Made by a program: the position numbers and the translations under genes. From the NCBI GenBank assembly GCA_001776935.1, contig MFDN01000015.1:30130-94129 (forward strand): 64,000 nucleotides of DNA, in the 5' to 3' direction. Under the pieces are notes generated by a model. The model was not told where the DNA came from. It did not search any database and worked only from the letters and a program-made list of their open reading frames with translations. Each line of letters begins with the position of its first letter. The stretch's first letter is position 1. Source of the stretch: Candidatus Daviesbacteria bacterium RIFCSPLOWO2_01_FULL_39_23. GTDB taxonomy: Bacteria > Patescibacteriota > Microgenomatia > Daviesbacterales > UBA10151. Positions 26,848 through 36,397 of this stretch are shown here, in pieces.

Positions 26848-29808
26848 TTAAGCATTTAACCAGTCATCATCATCTTTCGATATTTTATCAAGGTTTTCTT
26901 CGTCGCTGTAGCTGGCATTACTGATAATCAGTTCTTGTGGAATATCTGCCAAAAATCTGGATACTAAATTATTTGACCTGGTGCCAAAATATAACCTCTG
27001 TCTGGCGTAAGTTAAATATAGTTTCTCTTTAGCGCGGGTGATTCCGACATAGCAAAGTCTTCTTTCTTCCTCGAGTTCGCCAGTATCCAACATAGCGCGG
27101 GAGTGGGGGAATAAGCCTTCTTCCATGCCTACCATAAAAACAATCGGGAATTCCAGACCCTTAGCAGAGTGAAGAGTCATTAAAGTGACTGCGTCAGATT
27201 GCTGTTGACTGTTGGCTTTTCGCTTTCGGCCGGGAATATTGCCATTTTCAACCAGAGCAACATTTTCTAAAAATTCCACCAAATCAGGAAATTCTTCGGC
27301 TACAGACCGGAGCTCCTTAACGTTTTCTATACGCATTTTACCCTCTTCGGTGCCGTTATCAAGATATGCCAAATATCCTGTTTTGGTAAAAATTAAATCC
27401 AGTAAATCTAATGTTGTGTATTGATGAAGCTGCGTGGATATTTCTTCATAAAGTTCGGTAACTTTTACAAGCCTTCCTTTGCCTATTTTTTCAGCCCTTT
27501 TTAATGAAATCGAATCCTTAGGATTTTGCAATAAGCGCAGATATGCTAAAACGTCCTTTATTTCCTTTCTCTGGTAAAAGCTTACTCCGCCGACCAATTT
27601 ATATGGCATTCCGGCCTTTAAAAATTGTTCTTCTAGGGATCTTGATTGAGCATTGGTCCGGTAGAGAATGGCAAACTCAGACAGTTCTTTTATATCTTTG
27701 AGTTTGCTAATGGAGGATATGATAAAAAGAGCTTCTTCAACTTCATTTCTCACCTCAACTATTTCTATCTTTTCTCCGCCCTCTTTTTTGGTCCAAAGTT
27801 TTAAGACAGGATGGGATTTATTTTTGCAAATAATCGCATGGGCAGCGTCCAAAATATTTTGAGTGGAACGGTAATTTTGTTCAAGATTAAAAACCTTTAC
27901 CTGCGGATAATCTTTTTGAAAATTGACTATATTTCTAAAATCAGCTCCCCTGAAGGAATATATGGAATTATGTACAATGATTCCATTAGCAGAATAATTA
28001 TGCAGAGTATCTATATCCAGATCATAAACTTTTCCAACATAGTCCTCATGAGAAACTGAAATAACCTCATCAAGAATGATTCGATCTTTTTCTAAAATTC
28101 CAATTTCCATAGTTTCTCTAAGATGACTAATAGGGGTAAATAAAAACTTTTTATTATCAACAATGAAAGCAGAATGGTTAATAGTGAGTCCGCCGCCATC
28201 CAAAGCAATCTTTTCTGCTAGAGATAAAGCATTTTCATAACCCCAATGACAGGTTTCAATTCTCCATGTATCTCTATTGCCCGCTCTGGTAAAATGCCCC
28301 AGTTCATGAAGACTCTTCTGCAAGTTCTGGTTGGAAGTGTTAATTGAGACTCTGTGGCCACACCATGGACTTTTTAAAGTAGGCCGTTTATCGCTAAAAA
28401 GAGTGAAATGGACTAATTGTCTATCTGGAGCAATTTTACTTGCTACACCTTTAGGATGATGATGGGGATAGTCTTCAAACAGGTAGTAATCTTTGAAAAT
28501 TGTTTTTACCCGTTCTCTGGTATCTATAGAGTCAAAAAGTTTGTTAATTTGTTTTTGAGTAATAACCATATTACGGCCGCCGGTAGAGAAAACCATACTG
28601 GGGATTCCGTATTGAACTATAAACCACTGTTCCCAATAATTTGCTTCTGCTCTATCCTTGCAAACTTTTAAAATCCACATTTTATCTGCGCTCTCTTGAT
28701 TTGAACGCACCAATAAGCCAATTTGAGTTTTTCCTTTCTCTGGAGTTCTGAAACTTTTAGCAATTCCAATACGATAGCCTTTATCTTTTCGAAACATAAG
28801 GTATACATAGTAGCAATTTATTTTTAAGCTTAAACGGGCAAAGGTAATATGATTTGGGGTTGCTTTTAAAGTTTTACCGGATTTAGTTTTAATTGTGAAT
28901 AATTTACCTTGGAAATTAGAAATTCTTATTTTTTCAATCGGAACTTTGTGAATTCCTCCGCGACCAGCAGCAGCTATTACCAAATCGTTTCGTTTGAGGT
29001 CCTTAATAGATTTTAATCCAGTTGGAGTTGAAATTTTGGTATCAGGAGGGAGACATTGGCTGGCATCCCCTACAACACAAATATTTTGATGGCGTTTGGA
29101 TAAATATTTACTTATTAAATATTGGGCCGGATTGGTATCCTGGTATTCATCAATTAATATGTAGCGGAACTGGATCTGGTAGCGGGTTAAAACAGAGGGT
29201 TCGGTTTGAAAAAGCCGGATGGTTTTAAGAAGAAGGTCATCAAAATCCAAAGCCTGATTTTTCTCCAGGATTTTTTGATACTCAAGATAAATTTTAGCAA
29301 CAATTTCCTGGAAATATCCGCGGGCGTATTGAGGATATTCCAAAGAAGAAATCAGTTCGTTTTTAGCGCCGGAAATGGTGGAGCGGACAGAGTAGGGGGA
29401 AGTTTTTTGGGGGGAAATATTTAGATTACTCATGGCCTCTTTTACAGCATCCAAAGCATCTCCTTCATCATAAATTGCAAAACCGGGCGGCAGTCCCAGG
29501 ACTTTGCCGTCGCGGCGCAGTACCCTGGCACAAAAGCTATGGAACGTTCCCATAACCGGTTTGGCATTAAAATCCCCAAGCAGTTTCTTGATTCTTTCCA
29601 TCATTTCTCCGGCGGCTTTATTGGTGAATGTCAGGCACAGGATATTGTCAGGCGGAATACTCTTTTCAGATATTAAGTGAGCTACTTTATAAGTCAAGAC
29701 TCGTGTTTTGCCTGAGCCTGCTCCGGCCATAATCAGGGTTGGACCTTCAGTGGTCTGCACGGCTTTTTGTTGGTCTGGATTTAAATCATCTAGTAAAGAA
29801 GAGGGCAT
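26848..29808 (-). CDS. pcrA: PcrA/UvrD helicase containing an intein
   Basis: AGAGSGKT, DEYQD, YRST, TLHSAKGLEF, EERRLCYVGITRA. Confidence 0.93.
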   Translation of the reverse strand: MPSSLLDDLNPDQQKAVQTTEGPTLIMAGAGSGKTRVLTYKVAHLISEKSIPPDNILCLTFTNKAAGEMMERIKKLLGDFNAKPVMGTFHSFCARVLRRDGKVLGLPPGFAIYDEGDALDAVKEAMSNLNISPQKTSPYSVRSTISGAKNELISSLEYPQYARGYFQEIVAKIYLEYQKILEKNQALDFDDLLLKTIRLFQTEPSVLTRYQIQFRYILIDEYQDTNPAQYLISKYLSKRHQNICVVGDASQCLPPDTKISTPTGLKSIKDLKRNDLVIAAAGRGGIHKVPIEKIRISNFQGKLFTIKTKSGKTLKATPNHITFARLSLKINCYYVYLMFRKDKGYRIGIAKSFRTPEKGKTQIGLLVRSNQESADKMWILKVCKDRAEANYWEQWFIVQYGIPSMVFSTGGRNMVITQKQINKLFDSIDTRERVKTIFKDYYLFEDYPHHHPKGVASKIAPDRQLVHFTLFSDKRPTLKSPWCGHRVSINTSNQNLQKSLHELGHFTRAGNRDTWRIETCHWGYENALSLAEKIALDGGGLTINHSAFIVDNKKFLFTPISHLRETMEIGILEKDRIILDEVISVSHEDYVGKVYDLDIDTLHNYSANGIIVHNSIYSFRGADFRNIVNFQKDYPQVKVFNLEQNYRSTQNILDAAHAIICKNKSHPVLKLWTKKEGGEKIEIVEVRNEVEEALFIISSISKLKDIKELSEFAILYRTNAQSRSLEEQFLKAGMPYKLVGGVSFYQRKEIKDVLAYLRLLQNPKDSISLKRAEKIGKGRLVKVTELYEEISTQLHQYTTLDLLDLIFTKTGYLAYLDNGTEEGKMRIENVKELRSVAEEFPDLVEFLENVALVENGNIPGRKRKANSQQQSDAVTLMTLHSAKGLEFPIVFMVGMEEGLFPHSRAMLDTGELEEERRLCYVGITRAKEKLYLTYARQRLYFGTRSNNLVSRFLADIPQELIISNASYSDEENLDKISKDDDDWLNA
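27967..29055 (-). mobile_element. Intein (363 aa) in helicase motif III
   Basis: GDASQ|CLPPDT...TPNH...VYDLDI...IIVHN|SIYSFRG. Confidence 0.93.
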
Positions 29809-29837
29809 AGCGTGGGATATATTAGCATATTTTTCCT

Positions 29838-30542
29838 TTAGATTATGAATTGGCTGATGGAGGTTTCAAGGTTTTGTTTATCGATGCGCTTTTTGAGTTT
29901 TTTTAACCGGTTTGGATCCAGATTAAACTGTCGGGCAATGTTTTCAAGGCTTTCCTCCTTTTGCAGCAAAATTAAAACCTGATCCATTTTTGTCCAGTAA
30001 TCGTATTCTTCCGGTACTATTTCCTGTAAGCCTAGAAATTTTGCCAGATCAAAAACTTCTGATTTAAAAAGCGAATAAAAAGGCACCAAATGTCCATAAA
30101 ACCCCTCCGGCGGAGGGTTTAAGAGTCTGTCGCTTTTATCAATAGTATTCACTAAGTCTGCTTTCATTTGGTCTGATTGTATTAACAGGTGATAATTTTT
30201 GAAGCGCAGATAAAAATTTTTCAAAGCTTCCGGTCCGCGCAACCGGTAGGCAGCCAGCTCTTTTTGATAAGCAGCAGCCCGGTTAAGGATAAAGGGATTA
30301 AGATTTAAGGTTTTGCAAACCCTGGTCAGCGCATTTGTTTTAGGACTGCCAAAATCCAAAACTATCAATATGGTTTTTTCGCCCAAAGCCTTTTGAAAAA
30401 GCACTCCCGCCGCAAGCGAGGTGATTGCACTGTTTATCTCTACGACTACCTTTGATGATTTCTTACAGGAAGACCGGATGTAGTAAATCAGTTTGTTTAC
30501 CAGCTGCTCATCAATAACTTTTTTGTCATCAGGCAGGTTCAT
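29838..30542 (-). CDS. NadE (NAD synthetase)-like protein with degenerate motifs
   Basis: NadE-like layout (KALG, NTIDKSD, LFKSEVFDLAKFLG) but no SGGxDS. Confidence 0.6.
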   Translation of the reverse strand: MNLPDDKKVIDEQLVNKLIYYIRSSCKKSSKVVVEINSAITSLAAGVLFQKALGEKTILIVLDFGSPKTNALTRVCKTLNLNPFILNRAAAYQKELAAYRLRGPEALKNFYLRFKNYHLLIQSDQMKADLVNTIDKSDRLLNPPPEGFYGHLVPFYSLFKSEVFDLAKFLGLQEIVPEEYDYWTKMDQVLILLQKEESLENIARQFNLDPNRLKKLKKRIDKQNLETSISQFII

Positions 30543-30562
30543 AAATATAGTATACTCAAATT

Positions 30563-31465
30563 ATGGATGATCTGCCTCCACCCATAAAGCTGACTTCTAA
30601 TCCTTCTAATTTTTCTAATTCTTCCAATAATTTTGATGATCCCCTGTTTGAAGCCAAAATTAACAACCCTTTTAGCAAGTTTTTTAACTGGATTAAAAGC
30701 TTTCTAAGAAGAAATCAAAATATTACCATTAAAATACCAATCCTTGGGATATTAATTGCCTTATCAAGTTTTAGCCTGGGCTTGGGTTCAGGCTACAACT
30801 GGGGTTTTAATACAGCGCTAGCAAGATTTTTCCCTGATTCCTCGCCTGTTTTTCAAAGGGCTATAACTTCCGAAGGGGTAATTGAAAAATCATCCTCCGG
30901 AAAATTTTACTTAAAATCAAAGGATCAAATACTCTGGACTCTAAAAGCTGTCAATTCCGGTATAAATTTTGCAGATTTTACTGGCAGGCAGGTAACAATT
31001 AAGGGTAATTTAACCAAAGAAAAACTGCTTATCGAGGTATCAGAAATTATCCCTTCTGAACAGATAGCTCTCCTCACGGAGCCTGCCATTCCTCCTCCTT
31101 CCCAAACTTTCCCAACTTCCCCAAATACCGCTGTCCTGCCCGCCCTTTACTCCGGCCTGCAATGGGAAACTAACCAGAAAAAACTTTTAATCTTTACCTC
31201 GGGTAAAAGGAAAATAGAACAGGAAGGGGTGTATCTGGAATCTGTGCAAGTTTCAACTTTTCCGCAGGATTTTATTAATTACTACCTGGAAGGATTAAAA
31301 TCCGGGGGTTTTAAAGAAACCTTGAATTCTATAAATCCCGAAGGGATAACAATCACTTATGCTCAAAACGATCTGTTTTTAACCTTTGGTATTAAAAATA
31401 TCTACAAAGGCTCAAGGAGTAATAATCAGCTTGTTGGTTATAAAGCCTATCTGGAGCACAACTGA
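30563..31465 (+). CDS. Hypothetical membrane-anchored protein
   Basis: TM, OB-like segment, Pro/Ser linkers. Confidence 0.65.
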   Translation: MDDLPPPIKLTSNPSNFSNSSNNFDDPLFEAKINNPFSKFFNWIKSFLRRNQNITIKIPILGILIALSSFSLGLGSGYNWGFNTALARFFPDSSPVFQRAITSEGVIEKSSSGKFYLKSKDQILWTLKAVNSGINFADFTGRQVTIKGNLTKEKLLIEVSEIIPSEQIALLTEPAIPPPSQTFPTSPNTAVLPALYSGLQWETNQKKLLIFTSGKRKIEQEGVYLESVQVSTFPQDFINYYLEGLKSGGFKETLNSINPEGITITYAQNDLFLTFGIKNIYKGSRSNNQLVGYKAYLEHN

Positions 31466-31512
31466 TCCTTGGAGAGCTTGACAAAATAAAGCAGAGGTGC
31501 TAAATTTTGCGC

Positions 31513-32361
31513 ATGTTAGAGAAACAACCTATAGCCAGCAATAAAGATTGGAAAGATTGTGATTTTGCAGTAGAAGGTAAAAACCCTCCACATAATGGTG
31601 TATATGGTTGTCGTTATCCTGAAGTTGTCAGATCAGGTCTGTTTGTTCCGGGGTATGTCAGAATAGACAGACTCCAAACCCACGTTGCGTGGCTAGAAAG
31701 GCGAGACCTAAGCCCTTATAGACAATCAGCTTGCAATAAAACCATTGAACAAATTTGTAGCGATTGTCCTTATTTTAAGTCAAAACCCACCTCAGAAGAA
31801 TCTGCAAAATTGGTGGAAGCAGGAGCAGGTAAAATTTATGCAGATATGGCAGCTATTGAGCAGCAAAGATTAGACTATTTATCCTCTATTACTCCTAAGC
31901 AGCTGGAAAACTGTTTTGGCCACATGTTCGCGGCCCTCACCTTTGTAGATTCTATTAATAATGGGGCTTTGGGTGACGAAGGCAGAGGAGCGATGGAGCT
32001 GGTACAGGCTGCAGGGCAGTATGTAAGTCTGTTTGATAAAAGAATGGGGGTCGCTTTAAGCAAATTTGGTGATCTGATTTGGGATGTTCCCCCTGCTTCT
32101 GCTGAGTTGGTAGCAAAGGCAAAAGGCTGGAAATCAACAGGTGGAGCTGAGTATGACACGCTATTTAAACTATTAGGGGAAAGAGCTTGGGAAAGGGATA
32201 ATCAGCAGTTGCTGGCTATACCTCAACATGTTAGGAAAAACCCTTACTCGCACCCTTCTTTGGAAGTAATCAATAGCTGGGGTGTAATAGGTGCAGGAGT
32301 GAGAACGGATAATGTAGCTAGATGGCTTTTGAATGAGCCGGTTACAAATGTTTCAAAGTAG
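31513..32361 (+). CDS. Hypothetical protein with Cys-rich N-terminus
   Basis: TTGACA(31478)-17-TAAATT promoter; CSDC motif. Confidence 0.6.
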   Translation: MLEKQPIASNKDWKDCDFAVEGKNPPHNGVYGCRYPEVVRSGLFVPGYVRIDRLQTHVAWLERRDLSPYRQSACNKTIEQICSDCPYFKSKPTSEESAKLVEAGAGKIYADMAAIEQQRLDYLSSITPKQLENCFGHMFAALTFVDSINNGALGDEGRGAMELVQAAGQYVSLFDKRMGVALSKFGDLIWDVPPASAELVAKAKGWKSTGGAEYDTLFKLLGERAWERDNQQLLAIPQHVRKNPYSHPSLEVINSWGVIGAGVRTDNVARWLLNEPVTNVSK

Positions 32362-32425
32362 ATACCCTTTTTACAATTTTAAAAAGCATCTTGATTTCGG
32401 GTAATATTTGGAGTAATGTAAATTA

Positions 32426-33271
32426 ATGGCAACAAAGTTAGCTATTTTTGAAGACAAAGAAATCCGCAGACAATGGGATAAGAAACAAGAAAAATGGTAT
32501 TTCTCTGTTGTTGATATTATTCAAATCTTAATTAATCAATCCAGTTTTCAACTTGCGCGGAACTATTGGAAGGTATTGAAAAATCGCTTAAAAAAAGAAG
32601 GAAGTGAAGTGGTTACAAATTGTAACCGATTGAAATTATTGGCAGAAGATGGCAAGTTAAGATTTACAGATGTAGCTGATGTGGAGACTTTATTTCGGCT
32701 TATTCAATCTGTCCCTAGTCCTAAAGCAGAACCGATTAAGCTTTGGCTTGCAAAAGTAGGATATGAAAGAATTCAGGAAATAGCTGATCCTGAAAAATCT
32801 GTTAACAGAGGACGGACAAATTGGGAAAGAATGGGTAGAAGCGGAAAATGGATTCAGCAAAGAATGATGGGTCAAGAAATCCGTAATAAACTTACGGATT
32901 TTTGGAAAAACAATGATGTCAAAGAACAAAATGAATACGCAATATTGACTAATATAATCCATAAGGAATGGAGCGACTTATCAGTCAAAGAACATAAAAA
33001 TCTAAAAAAGTTAAAAACACAAAATTTACGTGATCATATGACAGATGCGGAACTAGTTTTTACTGCTCTTGCGGAACTTTCAACCCGGCAAATTGCGGAA
33101 ACGGTAAAATCTAAAGGTTTGGAAGAAAACAAGATTCCGGCTAAAAAAGGCGGACGAATTGCCAAAAATGCCCGACTGGAATTAGAGCAAAAAACTGGCA
33201 AAAAAATTGTTTCCGGAGAAAATTTTAAGTTTCCTGGAAAAAATGCATCTTTAACTCTGGACAACTCATGA
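32426..33271 (+). CDS. Bro-N domain protein
   Basis: IRRQWD..WYFSVVD..RNYWKVLK..IQSVPSPKAEP. Confidence 0.85.
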   Translation: MATKLAIFEDKEIRRQWDKKQEKWYFSVVDIIQILINQSSFQLARNYWKVLKNRLKKEGSEVVTNCNRLKLLAEDGKLRFTDVADVETLFRLIQSVPSPKAEPIKLWLAKVGYERIQEIADPEKSVNRGRTNWERMGRSGKWIQQRMMGQEIRNKLTDFWKNNDVKEQNEYAILTNIIHKEWSDLSVKEHKNLKKLKTQNLRDHMTDAELVFTALAELSTRQIAETVKSKGLEENKIPAKKGGRIAKNARLELEQKTGKKIVSGENFKFPGKNASLTLDNS

Positions 33272-33295
33272 AAGTCTTGTTATTATTTTCTTCCT

Positions 33296-33550
33296 ATGGT
33301 TAAACTTTTAGATTTCTGGGCTCCGTGGTGCGGACCTTGCCGGGCCATGGCTCCGGTGATTGAAGAACTGGAAAAAGAATTCAAAGGTAAAATAGAAATA
33401 GAAAAAATCAATGTTGATGAGGATCAAGCTAAAGCTTCTGAGTATGGAGTTATGAGTATTCCTACCTATATTGTGTTAAAGGACGGTAAAGAAGTCGGCA
33501 GAAAAATCGGGGTTACTCCTAAACAAGATCTTCTTAAATTATTGCAATAG
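33296..33550 (+). CDS. trxA: Thioredoxin
   Basis: WAPWCGPC, VMSIPT. Confidence 0.93.
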   Translation: MVKLLDFWAPWCGPCRAMAPVIEELEKEFKGKIEIEKINVDEDQAKASEYGVMSIPTYIVLKDGKEVGRKIGVTPKQDLLKLLQ

Positions 33551-33564
33551 TAAACAATTTTCAA

Positions 33565-33864
33565 TTGAAGTTTAAGGCTAAAGTTATAGAAATAGTAAAT
33601 AAAATACCGCATGGTCATGTTACTACTTATGGGACTGTGGCAGCTTTGGCAGGTATTCCCAGGGGCGGTAGGCTTGTAGGTGGGATCCTGCATTATCAGG
33701 GGGAGAAAACAGACTGGTATAAGATAGTAAACCGTCATGGATTTATTTCTACTAAATGTTTAGATCACCCCAAGCTGTTACAAAAAGCCTCACTTGAGGC
33801 TGAGGGGATAGAAGTAAGTCCTGATTTCGTGGTAAACTTACAAAAGTATGGCTGGTGGGGATAA
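33565..33864 (+). CDS. Alkyltransferase-like (MGMT-family) protein
   Basis: KIPHGHVTTYG..RLVG..WYKIVN; Trp at the catalytic Cys position. Confidence 0.8.
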   Translation: MKFKAKVIEIVNKIPHGHVTTYGTVAALAGIPRGGRLVGGILHYQGEKTDWYKIVNRHGFISTKCLDHPKLLQKASLEAEGIEVSPDFVVNLQKYGWWG

Positions 33865-34534
33865 AAATATTTGGATTGTAGCTAATTGGAAAAGTAATAA
33901 AACCATTGCTGAGGCTTTGGAGTGGATTGGGCAAGTCGGGCCGCAAATTCCGAAAGCTGAATGGTTAAAAGTAGTGGTGTGTCCTACTTTCAGCGCATTG
34001 TCTGAAGTTAAAAAAGCCATTACTGTTGGCAATTTTCCTATTTTGGTAGGCTCACAGGATTTATCGCCTTTTGGCAATGGAGCTTATACCGGAGAAGAAT
34101 CAGCGCAAAATTTAAAAGAACTTATTTCACTTACAATTTTAGGTCATTCAGAGAGGCGCCAAAATTTTGCCGAAAACGATGAAATCGTTGGCAGAAAACT
34201 CCAGAAGGCCAACGAATCCGGCATCCTTCCGCTGGTCTGTGTTCAAAGCACCCAAACACCTGTGCCTTCTGGATGCGGACTGGTGGCTTACGAGCCCTCC
34301 TTTGCAATCGGTACCGGTAATCCCGATACTCCTGAAAATGCAGATGAACTAGCGAAGCTATTAAAAGGGAGTTACGGAGAAGGGTTAGAAGTGCTTTATG
34401 GCGGCAGTGTAAACAGCGGGAATGTCAATAATTTTATTATTCAGGAATACTTAAGCGGAGTGCTGGTGGGAGGAGCGTCTTTAGATGCTGCTGAATTTAC
34501 CAAAATTTGTAAAATTGTCGGGGAAAGGGTCTAG
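33848..34534 (+). CDS. tpiA: Triosephosphate isomerase
   Basis: ANWK, GHSERR, AYEP, YGGSV, VGGASL. Confidence 0.95.
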   Translation: MAGGDKNIWIVANWKSNKTIAEALEWIGQVGPQIPKAEWLKVVVCPTFSALSEVKKAITVGNFPILVGSQDLSPFGNGAYTGEESAQNLKELISLTILGHSERRQNFAENDEIVGRKLQKANESGILPLVCVQSTQTPVPSGCGLVAYEPSFAIGTGNPDTPENADELAKLLKGSYGEGLEVLYGGSVNSGNVNNFIIQEYLSGVLVGGASLDAAEFTKICKIVGERV

Positions 34535-34542
34535 GTGAAAAT

Positions 34543-35778
34543 TTGAAACCTCTAAAGCTTCAAAAAAGCCGGAAAGATTATTCTCTTAAGTTAAAAAGAG
34601 TGAAAAATACCACAAGAAAACTTATACCTTTGCTTGTAATCATTGGAATTTTAATATCCATTGCTTTTTTCTTAACAACTTTATCAGGCACCAGTTCCTA
34701 CGTAAGTCATATAATTTCGGGAACATCGCTTAAATCAGGCGAGGGAAGAATAAATATCTTATTACTCGGCATTGCCGGCGGCAGTCATGGCGGAGCCAGT
34801 CTGACAGACACCATTATGGTAGCCTCGTATAATCTGAAGACCAGTCAGATTGATTTAATTTCTCTCCCGCGGGATTTATGGCTGCCTTCTTTGCAAAGCA
34901 AAGCTAATGCAGTGTATCAAAAAGGTTTAGTGCAAGGTAATGGATTGGGTCTTTCCAAGGTGGTTATAGGCAATATTTTAGGAATACCGATTCATTATGC
35001 GCTTCTTGTGGATTTTCGTGGGTTTGTTGCTGCAATAGATGCTTTGGGCGGTATAGATGTGCAGGTGGAAAAATCTTTCGATGATTACCAGTATCCAATT
35101 GAAGGTAAAGAAAATGATATGTGCGGACTTGAGGAAAAGGAAATGGATTTTAATGAAAATGATGCAAAGAATTTAAATATTGAGCCGGGTAAAAGATTAG
35201 TGTTAATTTTGCAGGACGGCAAAATAGCCACAGATGCCGCGCAGGAGGATAGGGGGGTTAAGTATTTCAATTGCAGATACGAGCATATTAAGTTCGAGAA
35301 AGGCCAAATGCATATGAGCGGAGCAGTTGCATTAAGTTTTGTCCGTTCAAGGCATGGAACAAATGGGGAAGGGTCGGATTTTGCCCGCTCAAAAAGACAA
35401 CAAAAGGTGATAGAAGCGGTTAAAAGTAAAATACTCTCTTTGGAGACTTTAACCAGTCCCCAAAAAGTGGGCGATTTAATTTCCGTTCTTGGTAAAAGTA
35501 TTGATACTGATGTAAAAGTTAAAGATACTTTAGAATCTTATAAATTATTACGTAAAATAGAGCAGGTGCACACTTTTGTTCTGGATGACTCTCTAAGAAG
35601 CGGTTTGCCTGACGGCAGAAAAACGCTTTTTGTTAATCCGCCCAGGAGCAGTTATGGAGGTGCTTATGTTTTGGTATCGCAGGATGATGACTTTTCTATT
35701 GTGCAGGAATATGTTAGAAAGATTCTCAGAGGAGAAATAACTGAGTATGAAGCCACTTCTGCTGCACGGCCCCGCTAA
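34543..35778 (+). CDS. LytR-CpsA-Psr (LCP) family protein
   Basis: LTDTIM, SLPRDL, VRSRH, SDFARSKRQQ. Confidence 0.92.
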   Translation: MKPLKLQKSRKDYSLKLKRVKNTTRKLIPLLVIIGILISIAFFLTTLSGTSSYVSHIISGTSLKSGEGRINILLLGIAGGSHGGASLTDTIMVASYNLKTSQIDLISLPRDLWLPSLQSKANAVYQKGLVQGNGLGLSKVVIGNILGIPIHYALLVDFRGFVAAIDALGGIDVQVEKSFDDYQYPIEGKENDMCGLEEKEMDFNENDAKNLNIEPGKRLVLILQDGKIATDAAQEDRGVKYFNCRYEHIKFEKGQMHMSGAVALSFVRSRHGTNGEGSDFARSKRQQKVIEAVKSKILSLETLTSPQKVGDLISVLGKSIDTDVKVKDTLESYKLLRKIEQVHTFVLDDSLRSGLPDGRKTLFVNPPRSSYGGAYVLVSQDDDFSIVQEYVRKILRGEITEYEATSAARPR

Positions 35779-36397
35779 AGAAGCTTCAAGAAAAAAGCTA
35801 TTAGAAATAAAAGAGAAATTTACCCAAAATAATGTGGTCGTTTTCGAGGAGGGTACTGATTTACAAGTCATTTTAGGTGGTGTGGCTACTCAGTCGCTGT
35901 TTTCTGATGAACGACTTATTGTTTTGGAGAATCCCCACGAGGATGTTATTTTAAACTTATCGCTTATCGCTTATTGCTTATCGCTTGCAATATGGTTTGA
36001 TCATGAGGTGAATGTAAAGAAGTTCCCTGGTTTTGAAGTGATGTTTTTCCCGGAAGGCAAAGAGGTTTCAATCTTCCCCTTTTTAGATTTATTGGCAGCC
36101 AAAGACAAAAAAGCCTTTTTAGAACTTCAGAAACTAAAAGACGGAGGATTTGATATTTACTATTTTTTGACCATGACCTTTTATCTTCTAAGAAATTTGG
36201 TGGCTACTCCCAAAAGAGCTCCTGACTTTGTCCGCACTAAACTACAAAGACAAAGAAAAAACTTTACCGAAGCTAAAATAACACAACTTTATAAAGATCT
36301 TCTGGAAATTGACTTTAAAATCAAATCCGGTTTGATGGAAATTCCTCAGGCAGAATTTTTATTAATTAATAGATTCCTTGAGCACCCAATTCTTTAA
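35747..36397 (+). CDS. Shortened DNA polymerase III delta (HolA)-like protein
   Basis: QSLFSDERLIVLEN, IFPFLD, LLEIDFKIKSG. Confidence 0.65.
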   Translation: MKPLLLHGPAKEASRKKLLEIKEKFTQNNVVVFEEGTDLQVILGGVATQSLFSDERLIVLENPHEDVILNLSLIAYCLSLAIWFDHEVNVKKFPGFEVMFFPEGKEVSIFPFLDLLAAKDKKAFLELQKLKDGGFDIYYFLTMTFYLLRNLVATPKRAPDFVRTKLQRQRKNFTEAKITQLYKDLLEIDFKIKSGLMEIPQAEFLLINRFLEHPIL

